A DNA stretch of 64,000 bases from Candidatus Latescibacterota bacterium (lineage in GTDB: Bacteria; Latescibacterota; UBA2968). The notes under the pieces were generated by a model. It was not told the origin of the DNA. It saw only the letters and a program-made list of their open reading frames with translations, and searched no databases. The stretch is from positions 5,536,001-5,600,000 of the forward strand of contig OZ244960.1 of assembly GCA_965222605.1 (NCBI GenBank), read 5' to 3'. The position numbers and the translations under genes were made by a program. Below are positions 40,520 to 49,794 of the stretch, piece by piece (the stretch's first letter is position 1; every line of letters begins with the position of its first letter).

Positions 40520-40942
40520 TCACAAACTTGACCCCTTCAGCTGCTCAATGATCTTCTTATCTGCCTCGAATGCCATCTCTGTTGGCGGCCGATCAAGCGG
40601 GAAAAATTGGGCTTCAGAGGCATCGTCTCTCGCGACCAAATTACCTCCCTTCTCTCTTGCCCCAAACCATACTCCGACAACGCTTCGTTCAGGTGTGTGA
40701 TGTGTAGATAGCACGTTCACGATGTCACCGACTTCCACATCCAATCCGGTCTCTTCCTTAATTTCACGTACCATAGCATCCCGAACGTCCTCTCCAATCT
40801 CAACATTCCCGCAGGGAATACACCACTTTCCCTTGTTTGATCCGTACTTTCGACGCACCATCAAGATTTGTTTGCCTCTAAGAACCACTCCTGCAACTCC
40901 GGCTTTCACAAAAGGCCATTGGGTAGTTTTATGGTTCGTCAT
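40520..40942 (-). CDS. NUDIX hydrolase, cassette copy 1
   Basis: GNVEIGEDVRDAMVREIKEETG Nudix box; followed by TTCGGCTAAC R''. Confidence 0.92.
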   Translation of the reverse strand: MTNHKTTQWPFVKAGVAGVVLRGKQILMVRRKYGSNKGKWCIPCGNVEIGEDVRDAMVREIKEETGLDVEVGDIVNVLSTHHTPERSVVGVWFGAREKGGNLVARDDASEAQFFPLDRPPTEMAFEADKKIIEQLKGSSL

Positions 40943-40984
40943 GAGAGCCTCATCATGAAAGTTGGTGAGTATGCACGATAAAGA

Positions 40985-41190
40985 CGATAATTTATCGTAA
41001 CAAGAGATATGCCTTGGTCAAACAGGATGGGAACGAGACGAGGTCCTCTTTCAGATTTGTCCCCAAAGTAGAATCCGCCGCCATGTATCCATACAAAAAT
41101 AGGAGAGGGACTTTTTGAAGGCACTTTATAAACATCAAGCACATTTCTCTCGTGAGGGCAATAAGGAACATTCTGAAAGGTTGGTTCCAT
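40985..41190 (-). pseudogene. 5' stub of an esterase (HGGG alpha/beta hydrolase)
   Basis: NVPY..HERNVLDVY...WIHGGGF..GDK...INYRL, then a switch into the NUDIX leader. Confidence 0.8.
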
Positions 41191-41210
41191 ATTGGTTTTT
41201 CTTCTGAATC

Positions 41211-41620
41211 TCACAACTCTTCTTTCGACCGACCTGGCACGCGCCCGTTAAGAATGTCCTGTCCGGTTTGTCCCAACTCGTTCGTTTTGGGCCAGGATTT
41301 GTCGAGATATCTCTTTGCCTGGGCCTCAAACGCCTTGTATTCGTCGGCGCTGATCTTCCCGTCATGATCCCTATCAATGAATGGGAAGAGCCATTCAAAA
41401 TCGGATCTGTCACCGGCCCATTCATGCCAAGAAGACCACTCCTTTTTTGGGGATGTGGCGTATTTCTCCTGGTAATTGGGCTGCACAACCCTCCTCATGG
41501 CAATGTCTATCAGTTCCTCTTCCCAACTCAGGAATTCATCGCTATTAAGATTTGCCCGGTGCCAATCGGGGTGTGGGAACTCCTCATAAGAAACGTAGCC
41601 GTCTTTGTTCCTGTCTAAAG
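41211..41620 (-). pseudogene. 5'-truncated EF-hand repeat protein
   Basis: DRNKDGYVSYEE and DRDHDGKISADE in one frame with no upstream start. Confidence 0.65.
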
Positions 41621-41627
41621 TTCAGAA

Positions 41628-42941
41628 TCAGGCATCAAAATAACTGAGTCGATCGCCTTCTGCTTCCCAGAGTTCTTCAAACATTTTTCGGATGTCGGGT
41701 AAAGATACGACGGATGCAGTAAGTGGGTCCAATGCACAAGCATGGAATGCCGCTTCTTTATCTTTTTCCATTGCAGCTTTGACGGAGAGTTCTTGTACGG
41801 CGATGTTGGTCATGTTTAATGCGGCGCACTGAGGCGGGAGTTCACCAACGTAACAGGGATGAATGCCTTCTCTGTCGACCATGCAGGGTACTTCAACACA
41901 GCATTCGTCGGGAAGATTGGTGATAGATCCGTTGTTCATGACGTTGCCGTTGAAGACAAATGGGACACCTGTGATTTTTGCTTCTATGATTGAAGAAGCG
42001 TATTCGTGGGATACTTGCAGTTTTGGGACTTCGGCTTCGGTATCGTTGTCTGTGATGCCTGTGTCTTTCATCCAGGAACGTTTGCGGCCTTCGGGCAATT
42101 CCATGTAGACGGGATCACGTTCTGGCAGGTTGTAGATGTCCCGCAATTCCTGAGTGCGCTGGAAGTAGGGGAGGTATTCTGAATTGTGTCGGGTGCTTTC
42201 GGTGACAAAATAGCCAAATTGCTTCATCATCTCGACCCGCACCAGGTCGTCTTTGAAACTGGGATGGGTGTCGACGGCTTTGAAGATGCGAGGGTACAGG
42301 TCTTCGCCGTCTTTGTTGAATTTTAGAATCCAGGCCTGGTGGTTAATCCCTGCAACGAGGTAACTCACATCTTCGTAAGGAACGTCAATGCCATTTGCCA
42401 GTTTTTTTGTTGTGCCCTGTACGCTGTGGCAGAGGCCGACGTTTTGGATGGATGAACCGATAGAATGCATCCAGGTGAGCATGGCCATGGGGTTGGTATA
42501 ATTTAACATGAGTGCATCGGGGCAGTGTTTTTCCATGCTTTTGCAAAATGCTAGGTGCTCGTGTGCGGTGCGAAGATAACGGAACACACCTCCTACACCT
42601 ACTGTGTCGGCGACAGTTTGGTTAATGCCGTACTTTTTGGGGATGTTGATTTCAGATGCGTAAGGTTCGCCCCAGTAGGCTGCGCCCCCAATGGATACGG
42701 CAGTGACGACAAAATCTGCGCCGGGCAATAATTCTTCGCGATCAGTGCTGGCGATGCATTTGCCAGGGAGTCCATGGCCATCAATGGCGCGGTTCACGTA
42801 ATCGTGCACCTGAGTCAATCGCTCTTCGTTGATATCACAGAGTGCGATTGTGGAATCGTTTAATAATTCACGAGATAAAATATCGAGGGACAGTCGGCTT
42901 CCGAATCCACTGCCAGCACCAATGATTACAATTTTTGCCAT
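41628..42941 (-). CDS. melA: Alpha-galactosidase, glycoside hydrolase family 4 (MelA-like)
   Basis: IIGAGS, DTVG.GG.FR..RT, LNYTNPMA, GLCHSVQ, AGINHQAW, FVTES..H.SEY. Confidence 0.88.
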   Translation of the reverse strand: MAKIVIIGAGSGFGSRLSLDILSRELLNDSTIALCDINEERLTQVHDYVNRAIDGHGLPGKCIASTDREELLPGADFVVTAVSIGGAAYWGEPYASEINIPKKYGINQTVADTVGVGGVFRYLRTAHEHLAFCKSMEKHCPDALMLNYTNPMAMLTWMHSIGSSIQNVGLCHSVQGTTKKLANGIDVPYEDVSYLVAGINHQAWILKFNKDGEDLYPRIFKAVDTHPSFKDDLVRVEMMKQFGYFVTESTRHNSEYLPYFQRTQELRDIYNLPERDPVYMELPEGRKRSWMKDTGITDNDTEAEVPKLQVSHEYASSIIEAKITGVPFVFNGNVMNNGSITNLPDECCVEVPCMVDREGIHPCYVGELPPQCAALNMTNIAVQELSVKAAMEKDKEAAFHACALDPLTASVVSLPDIRKMFEELWEAEGDRLSYFDA

Positions 42942-43096
42942 TAAAATCTCCAGTATTAAAAGGTAATGTGAACTCAGCGAGTTATGTGTAAGCAGCAAAA
43001 AATCAAAAAACGCACTGTGAATGACAATGCAACTGCTCATGAGATCTCTCCTCTTTAGGTCGTAAACAAACGCCACTGTTACTCGACTCAGAGGAA

Positions 43097-43957
43097 TCAG
43101 GAAAACACCGGCGCCTGGAACACATCCTCGAATTCACCGCGGTCCTTCGCCCGCTGATACTCCCACTCGTAGGGCGATTCCCGAAGCCTGCTGGGCCCGT
43201 TCCTTACATCGTGCCCGATGTCGCTTTGCTTGGGGTAATGGCTGTAGATCATGAGCCTCCGCGGACGACCGGAAACATTTGGCCTGGAGTTGTGGACCAG
43301 CACCGAATGGAAGAGCATGACGGAGCCGGGCGGCGCCAACAGGTCGATTCCCCCATCGAAATCGATCAAATCCGGTAGCACTTCCCACCCCCTTTTGTTG
43401 GGCGGTTGGTGATGTTCCAGGTGCTGTTTGTGACTCCCCGGCCAGACGTGAAGCGGTCCGGACGATTCGTCGCACGGATCCATGGTCACGGCCGAAGAGA
43501 TGATCTCTTGCGGGTAATCCTGGGCCAGATAATACGCCCAATCGTTGTGAACCGGAAACCGGTCTTCGCTATCGACCAATGGGATGCCCTCTATCGCTTC
43601 GGGCAGCGGCTCTTTGTAGTTCAGCTTCTCCTCCATGAGAATCGGCTCGTTACCCATGAGCTGACGCATGGGTCCGATGAGTCGTTCGTCGGCAGACACT
43701 TCGGCCAGGAACAGCGACAGGTCGTTAACCGGCTGGATTTTGCGCACCATCGGCCCGGTGGACGTCTGCAGAATATTCAGCCGCCCACTTTTTCGCCCGT
43801 TGGCCAGGGAAGAGTTGATGATGAGCTCGAGTATCCGGTCCGCTTCATGTTGCATGCGAGCGACTTCCTCGGCGTTGAATGTCTGTGGGAGCACCAGGTA
43901 ACCGTTCTTGCGGAAGTGCTCCAGGTCTTCGCCTGTGAGTTCCGTTTTCACCGCCAT
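43097..43957 (-). CDS. PhyH family dioxygenase
   Basis: FRKNGY, HNDW.Y, GPL.VWPGSH, PGSV..FH...VH.S. Confidence 0.9.
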   Translation of the reverse strand: MAVKTELTGEDLEHFRKNGYLVLPQTFNAEEVARMQHEADRILELIINSSLANGRKSGRLNILQTSTGPMVRKIQPVNDLSLFLAEVSADERLIGPMRQLMGNEPILMEEKLNYKEPLPEAIEGIPLVDSEDRFPVHNDWAYYLAQDYPQEIISSAVTMDPCDESSGPLHVWPGSHKQHLEHHQPPNKRGWEVLPDLIDFDGGIDLLAPPGSVMLFHSVLVHNSRPNVSGRPRRLMIYSHYPKQSDIGHDVRNGPSRLRESPYEWEYQRAKDRGEFEDVFQAPVFS

Positions 43958-44065
43958 TTCCTCCTCCTTACTCTTCTCGTGATCGTGGTTCGCCTATCTC
44001 TGCAAACATGAGGGATCTACTTCCACAAAATTTGCTGTGTGTTTGTCCAGTTGATCAGACAATTG

Positions 44066-44115
44066 GTGCGCAGTTCGTCACAGTAAATCCAGATAATATC
44101 AGGTTTTTCAGGCAT
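44066..44115 (-). pseudogene. 5' stub of a sulfatase-like gene
   Basis: MPEKPDIIWIYCDELR. Confidence 0.65.
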
Positions 44116-44136
44116 AAAAAGTTCGGCCTTTGTTTT

Positions 44137-44275
44137 TTAGATGTCTTTTTCGGGGACAACTGCGCCGTGTAGCACGAGTAGATCGTGTAAATCAGACCAC
44201 TTGTATGGCAGCAATCGTGCCCGCTGTGCCTCCGCCAACTACGAGCACATCTACATCGTTTTTCATATGCTCCAT
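44137..44275 (-). pseudogene. Collapsed FAD-dependent oxidoreductase (head plus tail)
   Basis: MKNDVDVLVVGGGTAGTIAAIQ followed, out of frame, by LHDLLVLHGAVVPEKDI*. Confidence 0.7.
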
Positions 44276-44344
44276 ATTTTCTGCTTTCTCTGCTTCAAGT
44301 GCAGTTCCGTGTGCCATTGATGTCTTGGAGGTTGGGACGCTTTC

Positions 44345-44481
44345 GTCTAACGGCCTGCGGTTGCCGAAGTGGCAATGCATCAGGAAACAGATTACCTCTT
44401 TCCCATCAGCCAACCCATCACTCACGGCCACTTGGGTCGGGGCGACCAAAGGGAGCGCAGCCGGCAACCGTCTTGTTGTGT
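44345..44481 (-). other. attC-like site (137 bp)
   Basis: ACACAAC aagacggttgccg...cggcaaccgcaggcc GTTAGAC; related to 54494-54634. Confidence 0.8.
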
Positions 44482-44597
44482 GCTGTGCCAGCCTGGGGTG
44501 GGGAGCGGACGAACAACACTTACAGAAATCCCGCCAGATAGGTCGTCTAGCGGGAACCGAAAAAATTTGACATACCGCGTCTATGATCGCCACAGCC

Positions 44598-44915
44598 TCA
44601 GATCGGAATCTCTATGTAGTCACCTGGAGCTATTTTATCAACAGCAGTTTGGATGTCATCAATTCGCAACTGGATGCGTGGCCATGAAGTCGAGAGCAGA
44701 ACGATGATCGCCAGCTGTCTGCCGGACAGATTCTGTTGGTATCGAAGATTTTGGTCTGTAGAGATCAAGAGTTGGTAGTCATCCTGCTCACTTGCCTGAA
44801 GCAACTCGCTGTTTTGAAGGTGGGACCATCCCCGCTCAAAGGCGGTATCGACCGAGTGATTTGACAGATATCGTCGAAGAGGCACGGGGGTGCCCTGATC
44901 AAATAGAATCCTCAT
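44598..44915 (-). CDS. DUF5615 PIN-like putative toxin
   Basis: MRILFDQ..P..L, GW..L.N.ELL, TD.NL.YQQNL. Confidence 0.85.
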   Translation of the reverse strand: MRILFDQGTPVPLRRYLSNHSVDTAFERGWSHLQNSELLQASEQDDYQLLISTDQNLRYQQNLSGRQLAIIVLLSTSWPRIQLRIDDIQTAVDKIAPGDYIEIPI

Positions 44916-45139
44916 GAATCAACGGAGCCCGCCAACGCCTTCACTTCGTGATCGAGAACCGTTTCTACCTGCCATCGTTTTACGCCGGGGAACCATTCCA
45001 GAAACTGCTCAATCGAAGCCCCATCTTTGAGATTCTCGAAAAGCGCGGATACAGGAACCCGAGTGCCACGAAATATCCAGGCTCCGCTGACCTTTTTGGA
45101 ATGGCGCTCAACCGCATCGCATGTTTCCCAATTTCTCAT
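44912..45139 (-). CDS. DUF433 putative antitoxin
   Basis: SGAW.F.GTRVPV..LFENL..G..I..FL..FP; ATGA overlap with the toxin gene. Confidence 0.88.
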   Translation of the reverse strand: MRNWETCDAVERHSKKVSGAWIFRGTRVPVSALFENLKDGASIEQFLEWFPGVKRWQVETVLDHEVKALAGSVDS

Positions 45140-45282
45140 ACATTTACTCCATTTTCAATCTGCCTGATGGTATAACCTCAGCCAATATTATAAAAAAATA
45201 GTGCTATCCATTGGAATAAACAAATGGTTTTCTGGTTTTTGTTTTTTTGTAAACGTGGTGAGCAGTAGACGCCTGTCCAAAG

Positions 45283-45882
45283 TTAATGCTCAAATAAGAT
45301 GGCCCCAACAGCGTCGAGTCGATATTGGGTGCCATCGTATGCAATCGTCGTAACGGAGCATTCACGGATTATTTCACCACTGTATGGGTCATTGCAGAAT
45401 TTCGGACTGATGCGACTCAGTTCTTCAGACAAAAAAACGTTGAGAAGGAAGTCTGCCAAGATACCGCCATGGGTTACCCCTATCACAGTATCTTTGGATG
45501 ACTGAAGATAGCAATCGGAAACAAATGCTTCAATGCGTCTGCCAGCCTCAATGCTTGAATCGCCAACACTGGGCCGGTAATCTCGTTCTGTGGTACAATG
45601 ATCCCACTGAGCTATGAATTCATCGAAAGATTGGCCTTCGATGTCACCCCAATTCATTCGTTCACGTAGCCGTGAATCTTCAGTAACTTCAAGATTCAAA
45701 ATTGTGGCGATGATCTCTGCTGTCTCTCTTGTTCGTGCCAGTGGACTGCTGAAGATTCGTGCGATGCCGTTTGACGCTAACTTCCTGGCGAGTAGTTCTG
45801 CCTCTTCTTGACCTTTTGATGTCAATGAAGGATCACCGATCTTGCGGTCTCTCTTACCGTGGCGAATAAAGTGAAAACGCAT
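45283..45882 (-). CDS. Histidine phosphatase family protein, cassette copy 1
   Basis: IRHG, SSPL.R..ETA, LRE, VTHGG. Confidence 0.9.
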   Translation of the reverse strand: MRFHFIRHGKRDRKIGDPSLTSKGQEEAELLARKLASNGIARIFSSPLARTRETAEIIATILNLEVTEDSRLRERMNWGDIEGQSFDEFIAQWDHCTTERDYRPSVGDSSIEAGRRIEAFVSDCYLQSSKDTVIGVTHGGILADFLLNVFLSEELSRISPKFCNDPYSGEIIRECSVTTIAYDGTQYRLDAVGAILFEH

Positions 45883-45958
45883 TAAGGCTGCCTGTCTTCC
45901 GATTTTTCTTGTGCATAATTTGCCGGAGTGGGGTTGGGAGAACTCCTGCGCCGCTTGC

Positions 45959-46057
45959 GTGTAACGTTTCGCCGGTTTGCGAACCCCGAGCTTGTCAAGG
46001 GGTTGCCCGATAGGGCCAAGCGGCGTATGCCGCGTAGCGCATACCGCGCTATTAGCC
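45959..46057 (-). other. attC-like site (99 bp), R'' mutated to GGCTAAT
   Basis: Close homolog of 32639-32734; ends in GTTACAC. Confidence 0.8.
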
Positions 46058-46090
46058 GAAGTGTGAGTGACTTCGATGGACATGAGATCA

Positions 46091-46427
46091 TCACAAACTT
46101 GACCCCTTCAGCTGCTCAATGATCTTCTTATCTGCCTCGAATGCCATCTCTGTTGGTGGCCGATCAAGCGGGAAAAATTGGGCTTCAGAGGCATCGTCTC
46201 CCGCGACCAAATTACCTCCCTTCTCTCTTGCCACAAACCATACTCCGACAACGCTTCGTTCAGATGTGTGATGTGTAGATAGCACGTTCACGATGTCACC
46301 GACTTCCACATCCAATCCGGTCTCTTCCGTACTTTCGACGCACCATCAGGATTTGCTTGCCTCTAAGAACCACTCCTGCAACTCCGGCTTTCACAAAAGG
46401 CCATTGGGTAGTTTGATGGTTCGTCAT
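46091..46427 (-). pseudogene. NUDIX cassette copy 2 with internal deletion
   Basis: Matches 40520-40942 but lacks most of the Nudix box; junction at a tcc microhomology (~46327); core GTTAGCC at 46483-46489. Confidence 0.9.
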
Positions 46428-46570
46428 GAGAGCCTCATCATGAAAATTGGTGAGTATGCACGATAAAGACGGACGACATTTCGGCTAACGGCCTGTTAAC
46501 CGCTGGTAGCCCCATCACGGCGAAGCCTATCACGGGCAGAGATAAAGCGCGCACCATCAGGCTTCTGATT

Positions 46571-47326
46571 CTACATGACCGGCCTGAATCTGGCTTGAAG
46601 GATCCTTTGGGCTGACAACTCACCAAAAGGCGCACCACAACACCTGACATCCTCCACAACCTTGTGGTAATCGTAACTCAATCTGTGATTTTCCACATGC
46701 CATTCCTGCCCATCCCACCACACTCTGGCATATCCAACTTGATGATCCCCATCAAACGGAAACCCAACTGAATCAATGATGCTATATCGCTGACCGCACG
46801 GAACGCCATAGGACGCGTAGTGAAGGTGTCCTGCCACAATCAGATTGGCCTTCGCATCCCCCAGCAGTGTCCTGGCCTCCTCTTCTGGAGTAACCGTCCG
46901 AAGACTGAACGGAACAGGTTGAAGAACCAATACACCGGTCACATCAGTAGGCGTTGCGTGCACAATGAGAAGATCATCCTCCGGAGACTGCCCTCCTGGT
47001 GGCGTTATCCTGTACTCAAAGGGCAGACCCTTCAGATAGCTCAAGCCATCTGTTCCTAGCTTCTCTCTCACCCAGTCCAGTCTTTCCTCGGAATACTGTT
47101 CATCAAAGACCAACAGGTCTGTGTTCCCGTAAATCGTGGGAGCGCCCAGATTTTGTATTGCGTCAAGACTCTCGACCGGGCGGGGTCCGTTCAGCACCAA
47201 GTCGCCAGCGACTACCAGACGATCATAGGGTTGGCTTTGCAGATCCTCAAGAACAGCGTTGAGTGCAGCGACGTTGCCGTGAATATCTGCAATTACCGCA
47301 ACTGAATATGACAGGGAATCATTCAT
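46571..47326 (-). CDS. Metallophosphoesterase (YfcE-like)
   Basis: ADIHGN, GDLV, GNTD, VHA, GHLH. Confidence 0.9.
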   Translation of the reverse strand: MNDSLSYSVAVIADIHGNVAALNAVLEDLQSQPYDRLVVAGDLVLNGPRPVESLDAIQNLGAPTIYGNTDLLVFDEQYSEERLDWVREKLGTDGLSYLKGLPFEYRITPPGGQSPEDDLLIVHATPTDVTGVLVLQPVPFSLRTVTPEEEARTLLGDAKANLIVAGHLHYASYGVPCGQRYSIIDSVGFPFDGDHQVGYARVWWDGQEWHVENHRLSYDYHKVVEDVRCCGAPFGELSAQRILQARFRPVM

Positions 47327-47394
47327 TTCACATCTCCAAAATTTCGAGGTGGCGGAGAGTGGTTCTTGCGCGCTTTCAGTTTTTGCCGCTTGCG

Positions 47395-47500
47395 GTCAAA
47401 AACTTTTTGAACTGACCGTTCAGTCAAATGCCGTCCCGGTTTGGCACCCGAAAATAGCCATGTTTGGGGTTGATATTGGCACTTGTAATCTTGCACCGCC
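47395..47500 (-). pseudogene. Internal fragment of a tyrosine recombinase/integrase
   Basis: AVQDYKCQYQPQTWLFSGAKPGRHLTERSVQKVFD resembles the Y..Y.P..WLF.G....L..RSVQ..F segment upstream of box II. Confidence 0.7.
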
Positions 47501-47530
47501 TTCTGGGCGAATGTCGAATCCTGCCCAAAG

Positions 47531-48130
47531 TTAATTCTCAAATAAGATAGCCCCAACAGCGTCGAGTCGATATTGGTTGCCATCGTATGCAATGGTCGTA
47601 ACGGAGCATTCACGGATTACTTCACCACTGTATGGGTCATTGCAGAATTTCGGACTAATGCGACTCAGTTCTTCAGACGAAAAAACATTGAGAAGGAAGT
47701 CTGCTAAGACACCGCCATGGGTTACCCCAATCACAGTATCTTTGGATGACTGACGATAGCAATCGGAAACAATTGCCTCAATGCGTCTACCAGCCTCAAT
47801 GCTTGAATCGCCAACACTGGGTCGGTAATCTCGTTCTCTGTTACAACGCTCCCACTGAGCTATGAATTCATCGAAAGATTGTCCTTCGATGTCACCCCAA
47901 TTCATTCGTTCACGTAGCCGGGAATCTTCAGTAACTTCAAGATTCAAAATTGTGGCGATGATCTCTGCTGTCTCTCTTGTTCGTGCCAGTGGACTGCTGA
48001 AGATTCGTGCGATGCCGTTTGATGCTAACTCCTTGGCGAGTAGTTCTGCTTCTTGTCGCCCCTCTGAGGTCAATGAAGGATCACCGATCTTGCGGCCTCT
48101 CTTACCGTGGCGAATAAAGTGAAAATGCAT
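47531..48130 (-). CDS. Histidine phosphatase family protein, cassette copy 2
   Basis: Diverged paralog of 45283-45882. Confidence 0.9.
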   Translation of the reverse strand: MHFHFIRHGKRGRKIGDPSLTSEGRQEAELLAKELASNGIARIFSSPLARTRETAEIIATILNLEVTEDSRLRERMNWGDIEGQSFDEFIAQWERCNRERDYRPSVGDSSIEAGRRIEAIVSDCYRQSSKDTVIGVTHGGVLADFLLNVFSSEELSRISPKFCNDPYSGEVIRECSVTTIAYDGNQYRLDAVGAILFEN

Positions 48131-48207
48131 TAAGTCTGCCTGTCTTCCGGTTTTTCTTGTGCACAATTTGCCGGAGTGGGGTTGGGGGGAACTTTTGTGT
48201 CGCTTGC

Positions 48208-48288
48208 GTGTAACGTCCAGCCGTGCACGAACCGCGCAGGGGTTGGACGAAGGCCGAATGGACGAAGCCATGCACAGTCGTGTTATGC
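48208..48288 (-). other. attC-like site (81 bp)
   Basis: GCATAAC acgactgtgca...tgcacggctggac GTTACAC. Confidence 0.85.
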
Positions 48289-48303
48289 GGTGTGCTCACT
48301 TCG

Positions 48304-49737
48304 TTACGGCGGGAGAAGCTCTGTGGAAAGGTTCCCCGAGAAACCTCTTTCTTTCATTTGCGCCACGAAGCCATCGATCTCCGCCTTACTCAAGATCTCA
48401 TTTCCGCCTATAATAAGCCAGCCACCCAAGTGAGCCAGGTTCTCCAGTCCACTCAGGCTTCTTAGGCGTGGATTGTTGCTGATTTCCAAATGGCCGCCGA
48501 TGGTCGCAAGATGCTCTAAGCCTTCCAGACTCTCCAGTTGTTCGTTCTGGCGTATGTAGAGGAAGCCTCCGATTTCCTTTAGTGCTTGCAGACCATTGAG
48601 GACGGCAAGGTTGTTGTTGGCCGTAACATGTATGCCGCGGGAGACGTACCGTAGGCTTCGCAGCCCCTGCAAGTCTCGCAGGGAGTGGTTAGATACGATC
48701 AGCAAGCGACCATCAACAGACTCGATCCTATGAAGCCCCTCCAGAGACACCAGCTTTGGATGGCCGTCCACGCGGAGATCCCTTGGTACAGTTTTGATTC
48801 TGTTTAGGGATGCGATGCTCTGTAATGATTCGTTGCAGAGCATGTAAATGTCTCTGCCTATTCTTTCTACATTGAGCCCATCCAGATTGAGCAGGTCGGG
48901 ATTCCGAATAAGCTTTAGGTCCCGCGCTACATTGGTGATTGTCTCACATTGGGTAATGCTATGAAGACCATCGCACCGGAAGATGCATAGATCACCGTAC
49001 GTGGCAGCCAGACGATTGTGCGATATGTCCTTCTCCTGGAGGCTTGGCGATAGGTGGGAAAGGATTGTCGTCAGGTATGCAGGCCATTGATGGTCGGTCA
49101 TATCGATTCTGCATACTCGGACGTCCAGCTTGCCAATTAGCTTATCCGTCATCTCTCGAAACGCGGTATAGAGTTGGGCATAGCCAGCGAATCCTCGCCA
49201 TCCGTTCCTCTTAGCCCGAGCCCGTGTGGTGACCTTCAGGTTGATCTGGGTGTTCTCCCAGCGATTTCCTCGGTCATCGCAGGTACGTCGCATGAAACTC
49301 GGCACGTCAGACTGAATCAGATAAACCACAGTCGGGTTGAGTTGCGAAACTGCATCAATGACGCCTTGAACGTAGTTCGCGATTGTGACCGGTTCAACGT
49401 CGTTGAAGAACAGCTCCGCCGTATTGCGATGAAATAGCTGGCCATCGAGGACGGTGACCGAATCGCTCTGCGCTCTTGAGGAGGCGAAGTCTCGCCATCT
49501 TTCCAGGCTTTCCTCTATCCGGCAGGCCTCGCCTTGCCACTCCATCCGAGTTGGGTGATTTGGATCCTTCTCGTGAATATGTGCGGTTGGTATCCCGTTC
49601 CGTTCAAGCTGCGAGCAAAGGAACTCTGCAGTATTGGTCTTCCCGGAGCCAGGGATTCCTTCCACAAAGATCAACCTGGTGTCCAGCAAGGCAGCCTCCA
49701 AGATGGCTGTAGTGTTCTGCCTAAAATGGCCTCTCAC
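48304..49737 (-). CDS. P-loop kinase-like domain fused to receptor L-domain / LRR-like repeats
   Basis: FVEGIPGSGKT; repeated L.I..N..L..L.GL..L..IGG. Confidence 0.75.
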   Translation of the reverse strand: MRGHFRQNTTAILEAALLDTRLIFVEGIPGSGKTNTAEFLCSQLERNGIPTAHIHEKDPNHPTRMEWQGEACRIEESLERWRDFASSRAQSDSVTVLDGQLFHRNTAELFFNDVEPVTIANYVQGVIDAVSQLNPTVVYLIQSDVPSFMRRTCDDRGNRWENTQINLKVTTRARAKRNGWRGFAGYAQLYTAFREMTDKLIGKLDVRVCRIDMTDHQWPAYLTTILSHLSPSLQEKDISHNRLAATYGDLCIFRCDGLHSITQCETITNVARDLKLIRNPDLLNLDGLNVERIGRDIYMLCNESLQSIASLNRIKTVPRDLRVDGHPKLVSLEGLHRIESVDGRLLIVSNHSLRDLQGLRSLRYVSRGIHVTANNNLAVLNGLQALKEIGGFLYIRQNEQLESLEGLEHLATIGGHLEISNNPRLRSLSGLENLAHLGGWLIIGGNEILSKAEIDGFVAQMKERGFSGNLSTELLPP

Positions 49738-49794
49738 GAGCTTGTTGGCTCGATTACATAAACACCAGAACGGATGCAGTTCTATGTGGACGTG

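Noticed and set aside
45883-46083. N-terminal extensions of the phosphatase ORFs (266 and 246 aa) and of the esterase (533 aa)
   Set aside because: They read through attC hairpins; the starts shared between copies or following the core site are downstream.
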